From positions 22,681 to 86,680 of the forward strand of contig JBBRXO010000002.1 in the NCBI GenBank assembly GCA_038248345.1: a stretch of DNA of 64,000 nucleotides. The letters run 5' to 3'. Positions 10,164 through 19,926 of this stretch are shown here, one piece after another. The translations under genes and the position numbers were made by a program. Under the pieces are notes generated by a model. That model searched no databases and was not told the origin of the DNA. It worked only from the letters and a program-made list of their open reading frames with translations. Source of the DNA: Armatimonadota bacterium (GTDB lineage Bacteria > Armatimonadota > Hebobacteria > CAIYQO01). The number at the start of each line of letters is the position of its first letter. The first letter of the stretch is position 1.

Positions 10164-10829
10164 ATGCGCTACTTGTATATACTTTTGCTTTTCACCTGTG
10201 GAATAATCGTCGATGCTATACCCACCCAACTTGGCCCCACCGGCGCGGTAACCCTGCCGGGGGCAGAGTGTCTCACCGGCTTTGTGACGGCGGCAGATAT
10301 CATCGATAATACTAACCAACGCGGGCGTTTATTGCGCGTCAATTATGGCACAGGTGATGCCGAGGTCGGCCTGCTCTATGGCGCAGATGACGGCAGCACT
10401 AGCGGTGTGAATGGCAAACTACGCCTCACCCCGCACAACGCCGAATTCCCGGCTGCCGTTGGGATTGCCTACCGTGAATACCCCTATTTCAATGAACGCG
10501 TCATCTATGCGGCGGTCGAGCATCAGTTCATCTCCGATGTCAAAGCCACCGTCGGCGTCCAACACGCCCAGATTCATGCCATAACTGGAAATGTCACCGG
10601 AACCCGCGGCTACCTCGCCGTGACCGTGCGAATGCCACGTAACGAAGAAGTCTGCGGAGAAATCCAGACCTTTGGCGATTCACTCTATGAAAGTAGGGCC
10701 ATCGCCTCAGTGCGCTACACCAAACATTATCGCCTTTATGACTATTCCATCGGCACCACCAACGCCAACGGAATCCTCGGTGGCGACCGCCAGAACCTCT
10801 TCGCCGGGATGAGCGTGGCGTGGCGCTAG
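10164..10829 (+). CDS. Exported hypothetical protein, possibly outer-membrane beta-barrel
   Basis: AGGAGG RBS, signal peptide, GPTGAVTLP start, amphipathic beta-like segments, near-terminal aromatic residue. Confidence 0.6.
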   Translation: MRYLYILLLFTCGIIVDAIPTQLGPTGAVTLPGAECLTGFVTAADIIDNTNQRGRLLRVNYGTGDAEVGLLYGADDGSTSGVNGKLRLTPHNAEFPAAVGIAYREYPYFNERVIYAAVEHQFISDVKATVGVQHAQIHAITGNVTGTRGYLAVTVRMPRNEEVCGEIQTFGDSLYESRAIASVRYTKHYRLYDYSIGTTNANGILGGDRQNLFAGMSVAWR

Positions 10830-10877
10830 CGCTTTTCTCTACTTGCCCTTTCCCTCCCCGCATGGGTACAATGAAAC

Positions 10878-11930
10878 ATGCTTATCGATGCCAATGGATT
10901 GTGTTTGCGGGAGCAGATTGAAGCGCGGGAGGATCTTATGCTGGCGCCGGAAGCTGCGCGCAGCATCTACTCGCGTGGGCGGCAACGCCCTGAGCTACCC
11001 TGTCCTTTTCGCACCGACTTCCAACGTGACCGTGACCGGATATTGCATAGCAAATCATTTCGTCGCCTGGCGGGGAAGACGCAGGTCTTCGTCTCCCCGC
11101 GCAATGACCACGACCGCACCCGCCTGACACACAGCTTGGAGGTATGCCAGGTGGCGCGCACGGTAGCGCGGGTATTGCGACTGAACGAAGATTTAACCGA
11201 GGCAATAGCGCTGGGACATGATCTGGGACACAGCGCCTTCGGTCATGCGGGCGAGACGGCGTTGAATTTAATTTATCAGGAGTATGACCCGGACGCGCAC
11301 TTCCACCATGCCGAGCAGAGCCTGCGCATGGTAGACCTGCTGGAGCGTGACGGGCGCGGGCTGAACCTTACCTGGGAAGTACGCAACGGCATTGCCCATC
11401 ACAGCAAAGGTGAAAAAGACTGGCCACAAAAGAGCAGCTGGCGTGCGGCAACACTAGAGGGGCAGCTGGTCGCACTGGCAGATCGTATCGCCTACAGCAG
11501 CCACGATATCGACGACGCCATGCGTGCCGGGCTGCTCACCCTCGATCAATTCCCCGCTTTCATCGTGAATAGCCTGGGCACCACCCACTCCGCCCGCCTC
11601 ACCGCGATGATCGGCGATATCATCAATGCCAGCCGTGACCTCTTCTTCATCCGCATGACGCCGGAGATGACGGAGATCACCAACGAATTGAAGAACTTCA
11701 TGTATCTGAATCTCTACCTGTCCCGCAGCATGGCCCCCCGCGTGCGCCGTAGCGTGGATGAGACCATCACTGGCCTCTTCCGCCATTACATGGATCACCC
11801 CACCGAGGCAGACATCTCCCCCGATAACGACACCAGAGCCCGTGCCCGCCTGGTCTGCGACTTTATCGCCGGGATGACCGATGACTATGCCCGCGACGCC
11901 TGGCGCGGGGTGAAAAGGAAAACACGGTGA
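10878..11930 (+). CDS. dgt: Deoxyguanosinetriphosphate triphosphohydrolase-like HD protein
   Basis: FQRDRDRILHSKSFRRLAGKTQVF, RTRLTHSLEV, LGHDLGH, DFIAGMTD. Confidence 0.93.
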   Translation: MLIDANGLCLREQIEAREDLMLAPEAARSIYSRGRQRPELPCPFRTDFQRDRDRILHSKSFRRLAGKTQVFVSPRNDHDRTRLTHSLEVCQVARTVARVLRLNEDLTEAIALGHDLGHSAFGHAGETALNLIYQEYDPDAHFHHAEQSLRMVDLLERDGRGLNLTWEVRNGIAHHSKGEKDWPQKSSWRAATLEGQLVALADRIAYSSHDIDDAMRAGLLTLDQFPAFIVNSLGTTHSARLTAMIGDIINASRDLFFIRMTPEMTEITNELKNFMYLNLYLSRSMAPRVRRSVDETITGLFRHYMDHPTEADISPDNDTRARARLVCDFIAGMTDDYARDAWRGVKRKTR

Positions 11931-12583
11931 GTTTACCAACAATAAAATCCCCTCTCATCCTCACCGGCGCTTATGGCAGCGGGAAGACGGAGTGTGCGCT
12001 GGCGCTCTCGATTACACTGGCGCGTGATGAAGCGGTGACATTGATCGATATGGATTTCGTCACCCCCTATTTCCGTGCGCAGGATCTGCGGGCTGAGTTG
12101 GGCGCGGAGGGCGTTACGGTAATTTCGTCGGATCTGCGCACCGCTGCCATTGATTCTCCCAGCATCCCCCCGGAGGCGGCGGAACATATCCTGCATCCGC
12201 GCGGGCACACGGTGATCGACCTGGGCGGTGACCCGACGGGCGCGGTGGTGCTGGGGCAATACGCGCCCTACCTGCACAACTATGATATGTGGGCGGTGGT
12301 GAACTTCAGCCGCCCCACCACCCCTACCCCGGCCATAGCCTCAGTACTGCTGCAGGAGATTATGTCGCAAACCCGCATGAAAATCACCGGCATCGTCAGC
12401 AACACCCACCTTGGCCAATTCACCACCGCTGAAGATGTGCTGGAAGGGCTGGCGGGTGCCCAAATTCTGGCCAAACTCCTCCACATACCGGTGAAACTAT
12501 TATGCCTGCCACCGCATATTACGGTAGAAACTGACTTGCCCACACTACCTATTACACCGCGATTACTAAGGCCGTGGGAATAG
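11927..12583 (+). CDS. P-loop NTP-binding protein (MinD/ParA-like, uncharacterised)
   Basis: GAYGSGKTE Walker A, DMDFVTPYFR, IDLGGD, VSNTHL. Confidence 0.75.
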   Translation: MSLPTIKSPLILTGAYGSGKTECALALSITLARDEAVTLIDMDFVTPYFRAQDLRAELGAEGVTVISSDLRTAAIDSPSIPPEAAEHILHPRGHTVIDLGGDPTGAVVLGQYAPYLHNYDMWAVVNFSRPTTPTPAIASVLLQEIMSQTRMKITGIVSNTHLGQFTTAEDVLEGLAGAQILAKLLHIPVKLLCLPPHITVETDLPTLPITPRLLRPWE

Positions 12584-12710
12584 TCTTAACCCGGATTTTC
12601 TTGATTATTAGGATTTTCCTGATAATTTACTGCTTGGGGGAGTATCTCATCGACCCAACGGTCCAGTTATCAGGTAAATCCTTAAAATCCTACAAATCTG
12701 GGTTCTGACA
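12583..12710. repeat. Long imperfect inverted repeat with 9-nt GATT/AATC periodicity (family G)
   Basis: GTCTTAACCCGGATTTTCTTGATTATTAGGATTTTCCTGATAA vs TTATCAGGTAAATCCTTAAAATCCTACAAATCTGGGTTCTGAC. Confidence 0.75.
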
Positions 12711-12791
12711 AAATCCTACCCACCACTAGTGTCTCCCACGCCTAGCGCGCACATTAGTAGCGTATCAAAAGAATAAAATGGTTTGCAAAGC

Positions 12792-12821
12792 TTGACTCGT
12801 GCATCCGCTACGTGCTAAGCT
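12792..12821 (+). promoter_or_regulatory. Extended -10 promoter of the NlpC/P60 gene
   Basis: TTGACT-N18 with TGn-TAAGCT. Confidence 0.5.
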
Positions 12822-12893
12822 AATACTGGTTTGGGCGATTTAGAGATCGTCAAAACCATCGTGTTGAGGTATTTTTCTCAACACAATTAGGAG

Positions 12894-13652
12894 GTGCAAG
12901 TTTTGCATTTGGTAAAAAATAACAGTAAGCTCGCCGCGATTTACGGCGTTTTTGTAATATTGATGATGATCTTAAGTCCGTTTCTCACGGACATTGACAC
13001 TACCGTTAAGCATGGTGGCGCACTGGCGATGATCTCCCAGGGATTCGCTGCTCCCATCGAACCATTACAGGCGGAAAACATAGCTCCCATAGCCGGGCCG
13101 CAAATGACGGCATCAGCAACCTCAACTGTCACCGTCGCCCTTCCCTCTGTAGATACCGCTACTCCAGTAACTGTCGCCCCGCCGGCACCAGTTGCCGAGG
13201 TGATTCCTCCAGAGGCTAAAAAGACCATCGTATCTGCTAGTGAGCTCTTTGCCGAACGTACCCGCATAATTCAGGAACGGGCAGCTAAAGACAGCGGTGA
13301 AGTACTGGTAGCCAGCGCCCGTGAATTCACCGGCACACCCTATTCGTGGGGCGGCACTTCTTCACGCGGCATTGACTGCAGCGGTCTGGTAGTGCGCGCC
13401 ATGCAAGCACAAGGGATCGAAGTCCCCCACCGCGCCGCCGAACTATACAACATGGGCACCTCCATCTCCCGCAGCGACCTTAAAGCCGGCGATCTGGTCT
13501 TCTTCGAGACCGGCGGCAACGGCGTCTCCCATGTCGGCATCTACATCAGCAACAACACCTTCATCCACGCCAGTTCCAAAGCAGGCGTGAAGGAATCGGA
13601 GTTAAGCGGCTACTACGCCGATCATTACCTGGGAGCAAGAAGGCTGAATTAG
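12894..13652 (+). CDS. NlpC/P60 (C40) cell-wall peptidase
   Basis: GTPYSWGG, GIDCSG, LKAGDLVFF, SHVGIY, FIHASS; N-terminal TM. Confidence 0.92.
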   Translation: MQVLHLVKNNSKLAAIYGVFVILMMILSPFLTDIDTTVKHGGALAMISQGFAAPIEPLQAENIAPIAGPQMTASATSTVTVALPSVDTATPVTVAPPAPVAEVIPPEAKKTIVSASELFAERTRIIQERAAKDSGEVLVASAREFTGTPYSWGGTSSRGIDCSGLVVRAMQAQGIEVPHRAAELYNMGTSISRSDLKAGDLVFFETGGNGVSHVGIYISNNTFIHASSKAGVKESELSGYYADHYLGARRLN

Positions 13653-13751
13653 TTCCAAATTCCAAATTCCAAGTTCCAAGGGGCGGCGCGTATGCGCCGC
13701 CCTTTTTTTATTATTTGAATCAGCACATGGCTTGGAACTTGGAACTTGGAA
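13653..13751. repeat. Inverted pair of heptamer tandem tracts (TTCCAAR)4 ... (CTTGGAA)3 flanking the terminator
   Basis: Directly visible at 13653-13680 and 13731-13751. Confidence 0.85.
13681..13709 (+). terminator. Rho-independent terminator
   Basis: GGGCGGCGC-GTAT-GCGCCGCCC-TTTTTTT. Confidence 0.9.
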
Positions 13752-13773
13752 CCAAATATGCTACCATACCTCC

Positions 13774-15147
13774 ATGCCGAAGAACATCATTTATGTCTGC
13801 TCGGAATGTGGCTGCCAGCAACCGCGCTGGGCGGGGCGCTGCCCGGACTGCGGGGCGTGGGGCGCGCTGGTAGAGGAGGCCGTTGCGGCTGTGGTGAAGA
13901 CCAAGTCCGTCAGCGGCAAGCCGATAAATGTCCTCCGCGCCTCCTCCGCCATTGCCATCAGCGATGTGCCGCCGGGGACAGAGCCACGCCGTGAAACAAA
14001 GCTGAGCGAGTTTGACCGCGTGCTGGGCGGCGGCGCGGTGCCGGGGTCATCCATCCTGCTCGCCGGTACTCCAGGGGTGGGCAAATCCACTTTATTGCTC
14101 CAGGTGGGCTACGCGCTGGCGTGTGCCGGGCATCGTGCGCTCTATGTCACCGGGGAGGAATCGCTGCCGCAACTGCGCATGCGTGCGGAACGGCTGCGCA
14201 CCATCCATGAGGAAATGCTGGCACTGGCGGAGACCGAGCTGGAGTCTATCCTGCAGCACATCGCGCTGCTGCAGCCGGCCTTTGTGGTGGTGGATTCCAT
14301 CCAGACCACCTTCGACGCCGATATCGAATCCGCGCCGGGCGCAGTGAGCCAGGTGCGCAATGCCGCTATGCGGCTCATCCGCGCCGCCAAAGAATCGGGG
14401 GCGACAATCCTGCTCATCGGGCATGTTACCAAAGAGGGGCAGATCGCCGGGCCGCGCGTACTCGAGCATATGGTCGACGTAGTGCTGGAGCTGGAGGGCG
14501 ACCGCGACTTCAGCTACCGCATCTTGCGCGCGGTAAAGAACCGCTTCGGCTCCACGCATGAGCTGGGCATCTTCACCATGAATGACCGCGGTATGGTGGA
14601 GGTCCCCAACCCCTCCGCCGCTTTCCTCAGCGAGCGCCAGACTGGCATGAGTGGTTCGGCGGTGGTGGCGATGATGGAGGGGACGCGGGCATTGCTAGCC
14701 GAGGTGCAGGCGCTGGTGACGCCCAGCGGTGGGTTCGGCGCACCACGGCGCAACGCCAACGGCATCGACATCCGCCGCGTAGCGCATATCCTGGCCGTGC
14801 TGGAGAAGCGCGCGGGGATGCCACTCGGGCAATACGATGTATTCATCAATGTTCCCGGCGGGTTGAAATTGACCGAGCCGGCCGCTGACCTGGCGGTGGC
14901 GCTGGCGGTGGCGAGTAGTTTCCGTGACGTACCGGTGCAGGCGGGCATGGTCTGCTTCGGCGAAGTAGGGCTGACCGGGGAGATCCGCACAGTATCGCAC
15001 GCCGACCGCCGCCTCGCCGAGACTGCGCGGCTAGAGTTCACCAGCTGCCTGACCCCGCCGGGCAAATACCCCGGCAAAAAACCCGGCGTCAAATGCCATG
15101 CTCTCCACAATATCGAGCAGGCCTTTGAGCTGGCATTGATAAGGTGA
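13774..15147 (+). CDS. radA: DNA repair protein RadA/Sms
   Basis: CSECG..WAGRCPDCGAW zinc finger, GTPGVGKSTLLLQ, KNRFG, Lon-like C-terminus. Confidence 0.96.
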   Translation: MPKNIIYVCSECGCQQPRWAGRCPDCGAWGALVEEAVAAVVKTKSVSGKPINVLRASSAIAISDVPPGTEPRRETKLSEFDRVLGGGAVPGSSILLAGTPGVGKSTLLLQVGYALACAGHRALYVTGEESLPQLRMRAERLRTIHEEMLALAETELESILQHIALLQPAFVVVDSIQTTFDADIESAPGAVSQVRNAAMRLIRAAKESGATILLIGHVTKEGQIAGPRVLEHMVDVVLELEGDRDFSYRILRAVKNRFGSTHELGIFTMNDRGMVEVPNPSAAFLSERQTGMSGSAVVAMMEGTRALLAEVQALVTPSGGFGAPRRNANGIDIRRVAHILAVLEKRAGMPLGQYDVFINVPGGLKLTEPAADLAVALAVASSFRDVPVQAGMVCFGEVGLTGEIRTVSHADRRLAETARLEFTSCLTPPGKYPGKKPGVKCHALHNIEQAFELALIR

Positions 15148-15149
15148 GG

Positions 15150-15320
15150 AATTAGTGGTAAAGTACGCTTTATTACTTGGCAATAATAATCTGATGTCGC
15201 GGAATCCCTTCTCCCCGCCCTGAAGGACGATCGGCGTAGCCCACTAGCCCTGTCGTTTACGGCTGGGCGATAGGCTGGCGGGTTTGAACACTATAAAACC
15301 TGACTTGGAACTTGAAACTA
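15150..15320. repeat. Mosaic leader: degenerate H hairpin + D module + TTGAACACT box + heptamers
   Basis: 15219-15280 is the reverse complement of 61924-61987; see findings. Confidence 0.7.
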
Positions 15321-15340
15321 TTTTAACAAGGAGGAAACCC

Positions 15341-15730
15341 ATGAAGATCACGAGTAAACTAACTGGCCCGATGCGCTTCGACACCGATATCCGTGGCCAT
15401 ACAGTAATCGTCGGGCAACCGATGAAGAGTGGCGGTGACGACTCCGGCCCCACCCCACCGGAGCTGCTCGCCACCTCTCTCGGCACCTGCGTCGGCGTCT
15501 ATGCGCTCTATTTCTGCACTAAACACGACATCGACCCTACCGGCATGGAGGTCACCACCGAGTACGCCAAAGCCGAACATCCCGCCCGCCTGGTAGACTT
15601 TGTAGTGACCATAACCGTACCGGCTGGCATCGCCGAAGAAATGAAAGAGCCGTTTTTAGCGACGGTAGAAAAATGCCTGATCCACAATACCCTGCATGAG
15701 CCACCGGCGGTGGAGATTAAGGTGGGATGA
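15341..15730 (+). CDS. OsmC/Ohr family protein
   Basis: GPTPPELLATSLGTC ... KCLIHNTL; AAGGAGG RBS. Confidence 0.88.
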   Translation: MKITSKLTGPMRFDTDIRGHTVIVGQPMKSGGDDSGPTPPELLATSLGTCVGVYALYFCTKHDIDPTGMEVTTEYAKAEHPARLVDFVVTITVPAGIAEEMKEPFLATVEKCLIHNTLHEPPAVEIKVG

Positions 15731-15756
15731 AGGGGTAGATCATAAGAGAGAGGTGT

Positions 15757-15946
15757 TTGCAATACTCTTTCCCGCTGGGATTGAAATCCCGGCTGCAGGG
15801 CGCTGCGCGCCGGTCGTCCGCCTTCGCGGACTTTTCTGAATCGAATGATAGCGCGCTTTAGCGTACTTGCCGTTGTTAGCCACCTCTTTCAGGGGGTGGC
15901 GCCGGGAATCGCAATCCCGCTCTAATGGGCGGGACGCCACTGCTAC
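15757..15946 (-). repeat. Composite multi-hairpin element, copy 2
   Basis: Reverse complement of 7634-7814 with substitutions. Confidence 0.85.
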
Positions 15947-15988
15947 GGGTAGCGGAACCATGACCATTTGCATTGACGTGGTCTATCC

Positions 15989-17701
15989 TTAGCTCAACCC
16001 CACAATCTCCCCGTTCTCATCGATATCAATATGCGTGCCAGCCGGGTTGCTGGGCAACGAGGGCATGGTGGCCATTTCTCCGACTAGCGGGTAGAGGAAG
16101 CCGGCACCAGCGGCGGGGCGGATGTCGCGGATGGGGATGGTGAAGCCGGTGGGACGGCCTTTCAGCTTGGGGTCATGCGAGAGCGAGAGGTGGGTCTTGG
16201 CCATGCAGATGGGCAGTTTGTCCAGTCCCCAGGCGGTGTAGCGTTTGATGCGCTCCTCGGCCAGCGGGGTGTAGCTGACGCCTGCAGCGCCGTAGATATT
16301 CGTGGCGATGGCTTCGATCTTCTCCTTGATGGTGTCATCGTCGGCGTAGAGCAACTTGAACTCCGATGGTTGTGCGCAGGCGGCGACCACGGCGTCCGCC
16401 AGCTCGATACCACCTTCTCCGCCACGTGCCCAGACATCGCTGACGCAGGCGGCAAATGCCCCGGCGGCCAGTGCGCGCTCGCGGATGTAGGCCACCTCGG
16501 CAGGGGTGTCGGTGGGGAAGCTGTTGAGCGCTACCACCACCGGGATGCCGAAGAGCAGCATGTTCTCCACCTGCTTCTCCAGGTTGCCGATACCGGCGGC
16601 CAGCGCCTCCATATCCTCCTGGCCCAGGCGTGGGTCGAGCGGTTTACCCGGCGTCACAGTATATTTGCCGCTATGCATCTTCAATGCGCGCACTGTCGCC
16701 ACCACCACCGCGCAGCTGGGGCGCAGCCCGCTCTGCCGGCACTTGATATTGAAGAACTTCTCGGCACCCAGATCCGCGCCGAAGCCCGCCTCGGTGACCA
16801 CGTAGTCGGCCAACTTCAGAGCGATGCGGTCGGCCAGTACGCTGTTGTTGCCGTGGGCGATGTTGGCGAATGGGCCGGCGTGTACCAGCACCGGCGTACC
16901 CTCCAGCGTCTGGATCAGGTTCGGCTTGATGGCGTCGCGCAACAGCACCGTCATGGCTCCGGCACAGCGCAAGTCCTCGGCAGTCACCGGTTCGCCGTCG
17001 ACGTTAGTGGCGACGATGATGCGCCCCAGACGTTTGCGCAGGTCGTGGATATCGCTGGTGAGCGCCAGCGCCGCCATGGCCTCGCTGGCGACGGTGATAT
17101 CAAAACCGGTCTCGCGCGGCACCCCGCCACGCCGCTGTACCGGCAGATCAGCACCCAGCCCCACTACGATGTTGCGCAGCGCCCAGCCGTCGCTGATATC
17201 CACCACGCGCTTCCAGGTGATTGTTTGCGGGTCAATGCGCAGGGGATTGCCGTGCTTCAGCGAGGCATCGATGAAGGCGGCCAGCAGGTTATTGGCTGCG
17301 CCAATAGCATGGATATCGCCGGTGAAGTGCAGGTTGACATCCTCCATGGGCAGCACCTGTGAATATCCGCCCCCCGCCGCCCCACCCTTGATGCCGAAGA
17401 CCGGCCCCAGCGAGGGTTGCCGCAGCGTGATGCAGGCGCGCCGCCCGGTCTTCGCCAACGCCTGCCCGAGGCCTATTGTGGTTACGGTTTTGCCCTCGCC
17501 CAGCGGCGTGGGGGTGATGGCGGTGACCACCACCAGCTTCCCCTCCGGCACCTCCGCCAGCCGCTGCAGGATGCTCAGCTCAATCTTCGCCTTCACACGT
17601 CCATATTGCTCCAGCTCCGTGTCCAGAATCCCCAGCACCCCGGCGATCTCGGTGATAGGCCGCGCGGTGTGCGCATGTACGATATCTAAATCAGTCAGCA
17701 A
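15989..17701 (-). CDS. fhs: Formate--tetrahydrofolate ligase
   Basis: TPTPLGEGKT, GIKGGAAGGGYSQV, HAGPFANIAHG, EAGFGADLGAEKF. Confidence 0.97.
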   Translation of the reverse strand: MLTDLDIVHAHTARPITEIAGVLGILDTELEQYGRVKAKIELSILQRLAEVPEGKLVVVTAITPTPLGEGKTVTTIGLGQALAKTGRRACITLRQPSLGPVFGIKGGAAGGGYSQVLPMEDVNLHFTGDIHAIGAANNLLAAFIDASLKHGNPLRIDPQTITWKRVVDISDGWALRNIVVGLGADLPVQRRGGVPRETGFDITVASEAMAALALTSDIHDLRKRLGRIIVATNVDGEPVTAEDLRCAGAMTVLLRDAIKPNLIQTLEGTPVLVHAGPFANIAHGNNSVLADRIALKLADYVVTEAGFGADLGAEKFFNIKCRQSGLRPSCAVVVATVRALKMHSGKYTVTPGKPLDPRLGQEDMEALAAGIGNLEKQVENMLLFGIPVVVALNSFPTDTPAEVAYIRERALAAGAFAACVSDVWARGGEGGIELADAVVAACAQPSEFKLLYADDDTIKEKIEAIATNIYGAAGVSYTPLAEERIKRYTAWGLDKLPICMAKTHLSLSHDPKLKGRPTGFTIPIRDIRPAAGAGFLYPLVGEMATMPSLPSNPAGTHIDIDENGEIVGLS

Positions 17702-18049
17702 ATTATTACCTCCAAAAATAGTTCAGGTTCCAATTTCCAAGTTTCGAGGTTGGTTTTGAGTGTTCAACTCGCCCAGCCGTGAACGATAGGGCTTGTGGGC
17801 TACACTTATTATCCGCCTATGCGGACTTTTTTGCTACTACGATTACCTGTGTCTATTTGTTCGCCACCATGCACGTCGGTTCCTGTTTTTTAAATGTGGG
17901 CTTCGCGCTACCCGGTATTCTATTATCTTTTACCTATTTTTCAGAAATATCGTTGAAAATAGTGGCAAATATTGACCCAAAATACCCGCCATTTTATCGA
18001 CAAAACCGTTATAATATAAGCAATCAGTAACCAGAAAGTATTTGTTGTC

Positions 18050-18982
18050 ATGATAAAATTACAAGTTGCAGTAATAATGGGCGGAGTATCCAGCGAACGG
18101 GCGATTTCACTGCGTAGCGGGGCAAATGCCGCCGCCGCGTTAGATCGGGAAAAATTTGACGTTACCATGGTGGATTTTACCGGTGATGTTGCACAGATTA
18201 CCGCGTTGGCCGGGGTGGTCGACGTGGCATTGCTGATGTTGCATGGCCCCGGAGGGGAAGACGGGCGTATCCAGGGGCTGCTCGATTTATTACATATCCC
18301 CTACACCGGCAGTGGTGTACTCGGGAGCGCATTGGCTATGCATAAGGGTGTAGCAAAGGCGATCTACCGCGATGCAGGGATACCGACACCCCGCGGTATA
18401 GTGGCAGAAGCGGGTGACCGATGTCTATCCGAGGCGGTCTTTAGTAATATCGGCTACCCCTGTGTGGTGAAACCCGCCAACGAAGGATCAACTATCGGCA
18501 TCTCACTGGTGCAGGATGTCGAAGAGCTGGAGGAGGCGCTGGAGCGAGCTTTCCAGTTCGACAGCGAGCTGGTGATCGAGGAGTTCGTGCGCGGCATGGA
18601 GATCAGCGTACCGGTGCTGGGCACTGAGGTATTGCGTGCATTACCAGCAGTAGAGATCATCCCGCAAAGCGGGTGGTATGATTACGAGATGAAATACACT
18701 GCCGGAGCCACCGAGGAGATATGTCCGGCACGGCTGACGGAAGAGCAGGCAGCACGCGCCGCGGAATTGGCGCTGAAAGCACACCGCGCCTTATGCCTGA
18801 AGGGTATCTCACGGACTGACATGATCGTCACCGATTATGACCTCATTGTGCTGGAGACTAACACCTTGCCGGGGATGACCGACACCAGCTTGGTGCCGCT
18901 TTGTGCGCGTACTGTGGGTATCAGTTTCAGTGAATTACTAGAAATACTTATCGCCGATGCGCGGGGAATACATAACGGATAA
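18050..18982 (+). CDS. ddl: D-alanine--D-alanine ligase
   Basis: GGVSSER, LHGPGGEDG, YDYEMKY, ETNTLPGMT. Confidence 0.95.
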   Translation: MIKLQVAVIMGGVSSERAISLRSGANAAAALDREKFDVTMVDFTGDVAQITALAGVVDVALLMLHGPGGEDGRIQGLLDLLHIPYTGSGVLGSALAMHKGVAKAIYRDAGIPTPRGIVAEAGDRCLSEAVFSNIGYPCVVKPANEGSTIGISLVQDVEELEEALERAFQFDSELVIEEFVRGMEISVPVLGTEVLRALPAVEIIPQSGWYDYEMKYTAGATEEICPARLTEEQAARAAELALKAHRALCLKGISRTDMIVTDYDLIVLETNTLPGMTDTSLVPLCARTVGISFSELLEILIADARGIHNG

Positions 18983-19926
18983 TGCGACACAATAACGGGT
19001 ATAAGCAAAATACGCCATCGGGTAATACTGTAGCTCGTGAGCTAGGGGATCGTGGTATGTCTACCGCTGGTGAGGAAAATAATAATATACCGGGGGAATA
19101 CCTGGAATCACAACAGGTAACCGCTAACATGCGCTGGCGTCGCCAGCGGTTGGCGTTGTATCGCCGCGTGTGGGCAGTGGCATGGACATTGATACTCGCC
19201 TTCCTGGTGGAGGCATGGATCGCGGCGTGGTTTTCGCCGCGCAATTACATCTATCGATTGGAGACACGTAATACTGACTCCATGACGGAAGAAGAAGTTA
19301 TCCGTCTCGCGGCTGTGAAACCGAAGACAAACTACTTCCGTGTTCCCTTGCAGGAAATCGCTACCCGGATCAAGTCGCAAGATCCGCGCGTGGATAACGT
19401 CATCGTTGAGCGTGGAGCCATGGGGACGCTGATATTGACGGTGAACGAGCGCAAAGCGGTATGCCGTCTGGGTACCAGCGAACCGCCGATGTACCTGGAT
19501 GAAAAGGGCTACCTATTCACGCGACCAATACCAACGCCAAACCTGGTGCCAATTGTCACCGCCATTGAAGCGCCCACGGAGAAAAAAATGGGAGAAAAGC
19601 TGACAGAGGCCTACGTTGTGCCGGTGTTGAAAGCGGTCGTGGCATTGCCCGCCAAAACTAACAAAGGCTTCCTTATTGAAGCTGCCAGCTTGAAGGTAGA
19701 CGAGAAGAGTGGCGCCACCTATGAATTAAGCAATGGCATCATCATCGAATATGGTACCCTCACCTACCCGGAACAGAAGGCGGAGGTAATTAAGAACTTG
19801 ATCGACAATGCGATAGAAGCAGGCAATGCACCGGAGAATATATTATCCTTGAATGTCACCGGCGTGGATAACAAAATGTTAAGAGGGTCGTACACCCCGC
19901 GGACCCCGACTGGGGGGACAAATTGA
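18982..19926 (+). CDS. ftsQ: Cell division protein FtsQ/DivIB-like (start may be 19057)
   Basis: Basic cytoplasmic region, single TM, POTRA-like segment; position after ddl. Confidence 0.75.
   Translation: MRHNNGYKQNTPSGNTVARELGDRGMSTAGEENNNIPGEYLESQQVTANMRWRRQRLALYRRVWAVAWTLILAFLVEAWIAAWFSPRNYIYRLETRNTDSMTEEEVIRLAAVKPKTNYFRVPLQEIATRIKSQDPRVDNVIVERGAMGTLILTVNERKAVCRLGTSEPPMYLDEKGYLFTRPIPTPNLVPIVTAIEAPTEKKMGEKLTEAYVVPVLKAVVALPAKTNKGFLIEAASLKVDEKSGATYELSNGIIIEYGTLTYPEQKAEVIKNLIDNAIEAGNAPENILSLNVTGVDNKMLRGSYTPRTPTGGTN

Noticed and set aside
12825..12865. c-di-AMP (ydaO) riboswitch before the NlpC/P60 gene
   Set aside because: Only one short hairpin (GGTTTGGGCGAT/ATCGTCAAAACC); leader too short and lacks the conserved motifs
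16175..17759. Long antisense ORFs (395 and 311 aa; likewise 613-1404, 27740-28615, 57132-58010, 60607-61482)
   Set aside because: Shadow frames of well-conserved GC-rich genes with no recognisable motifs
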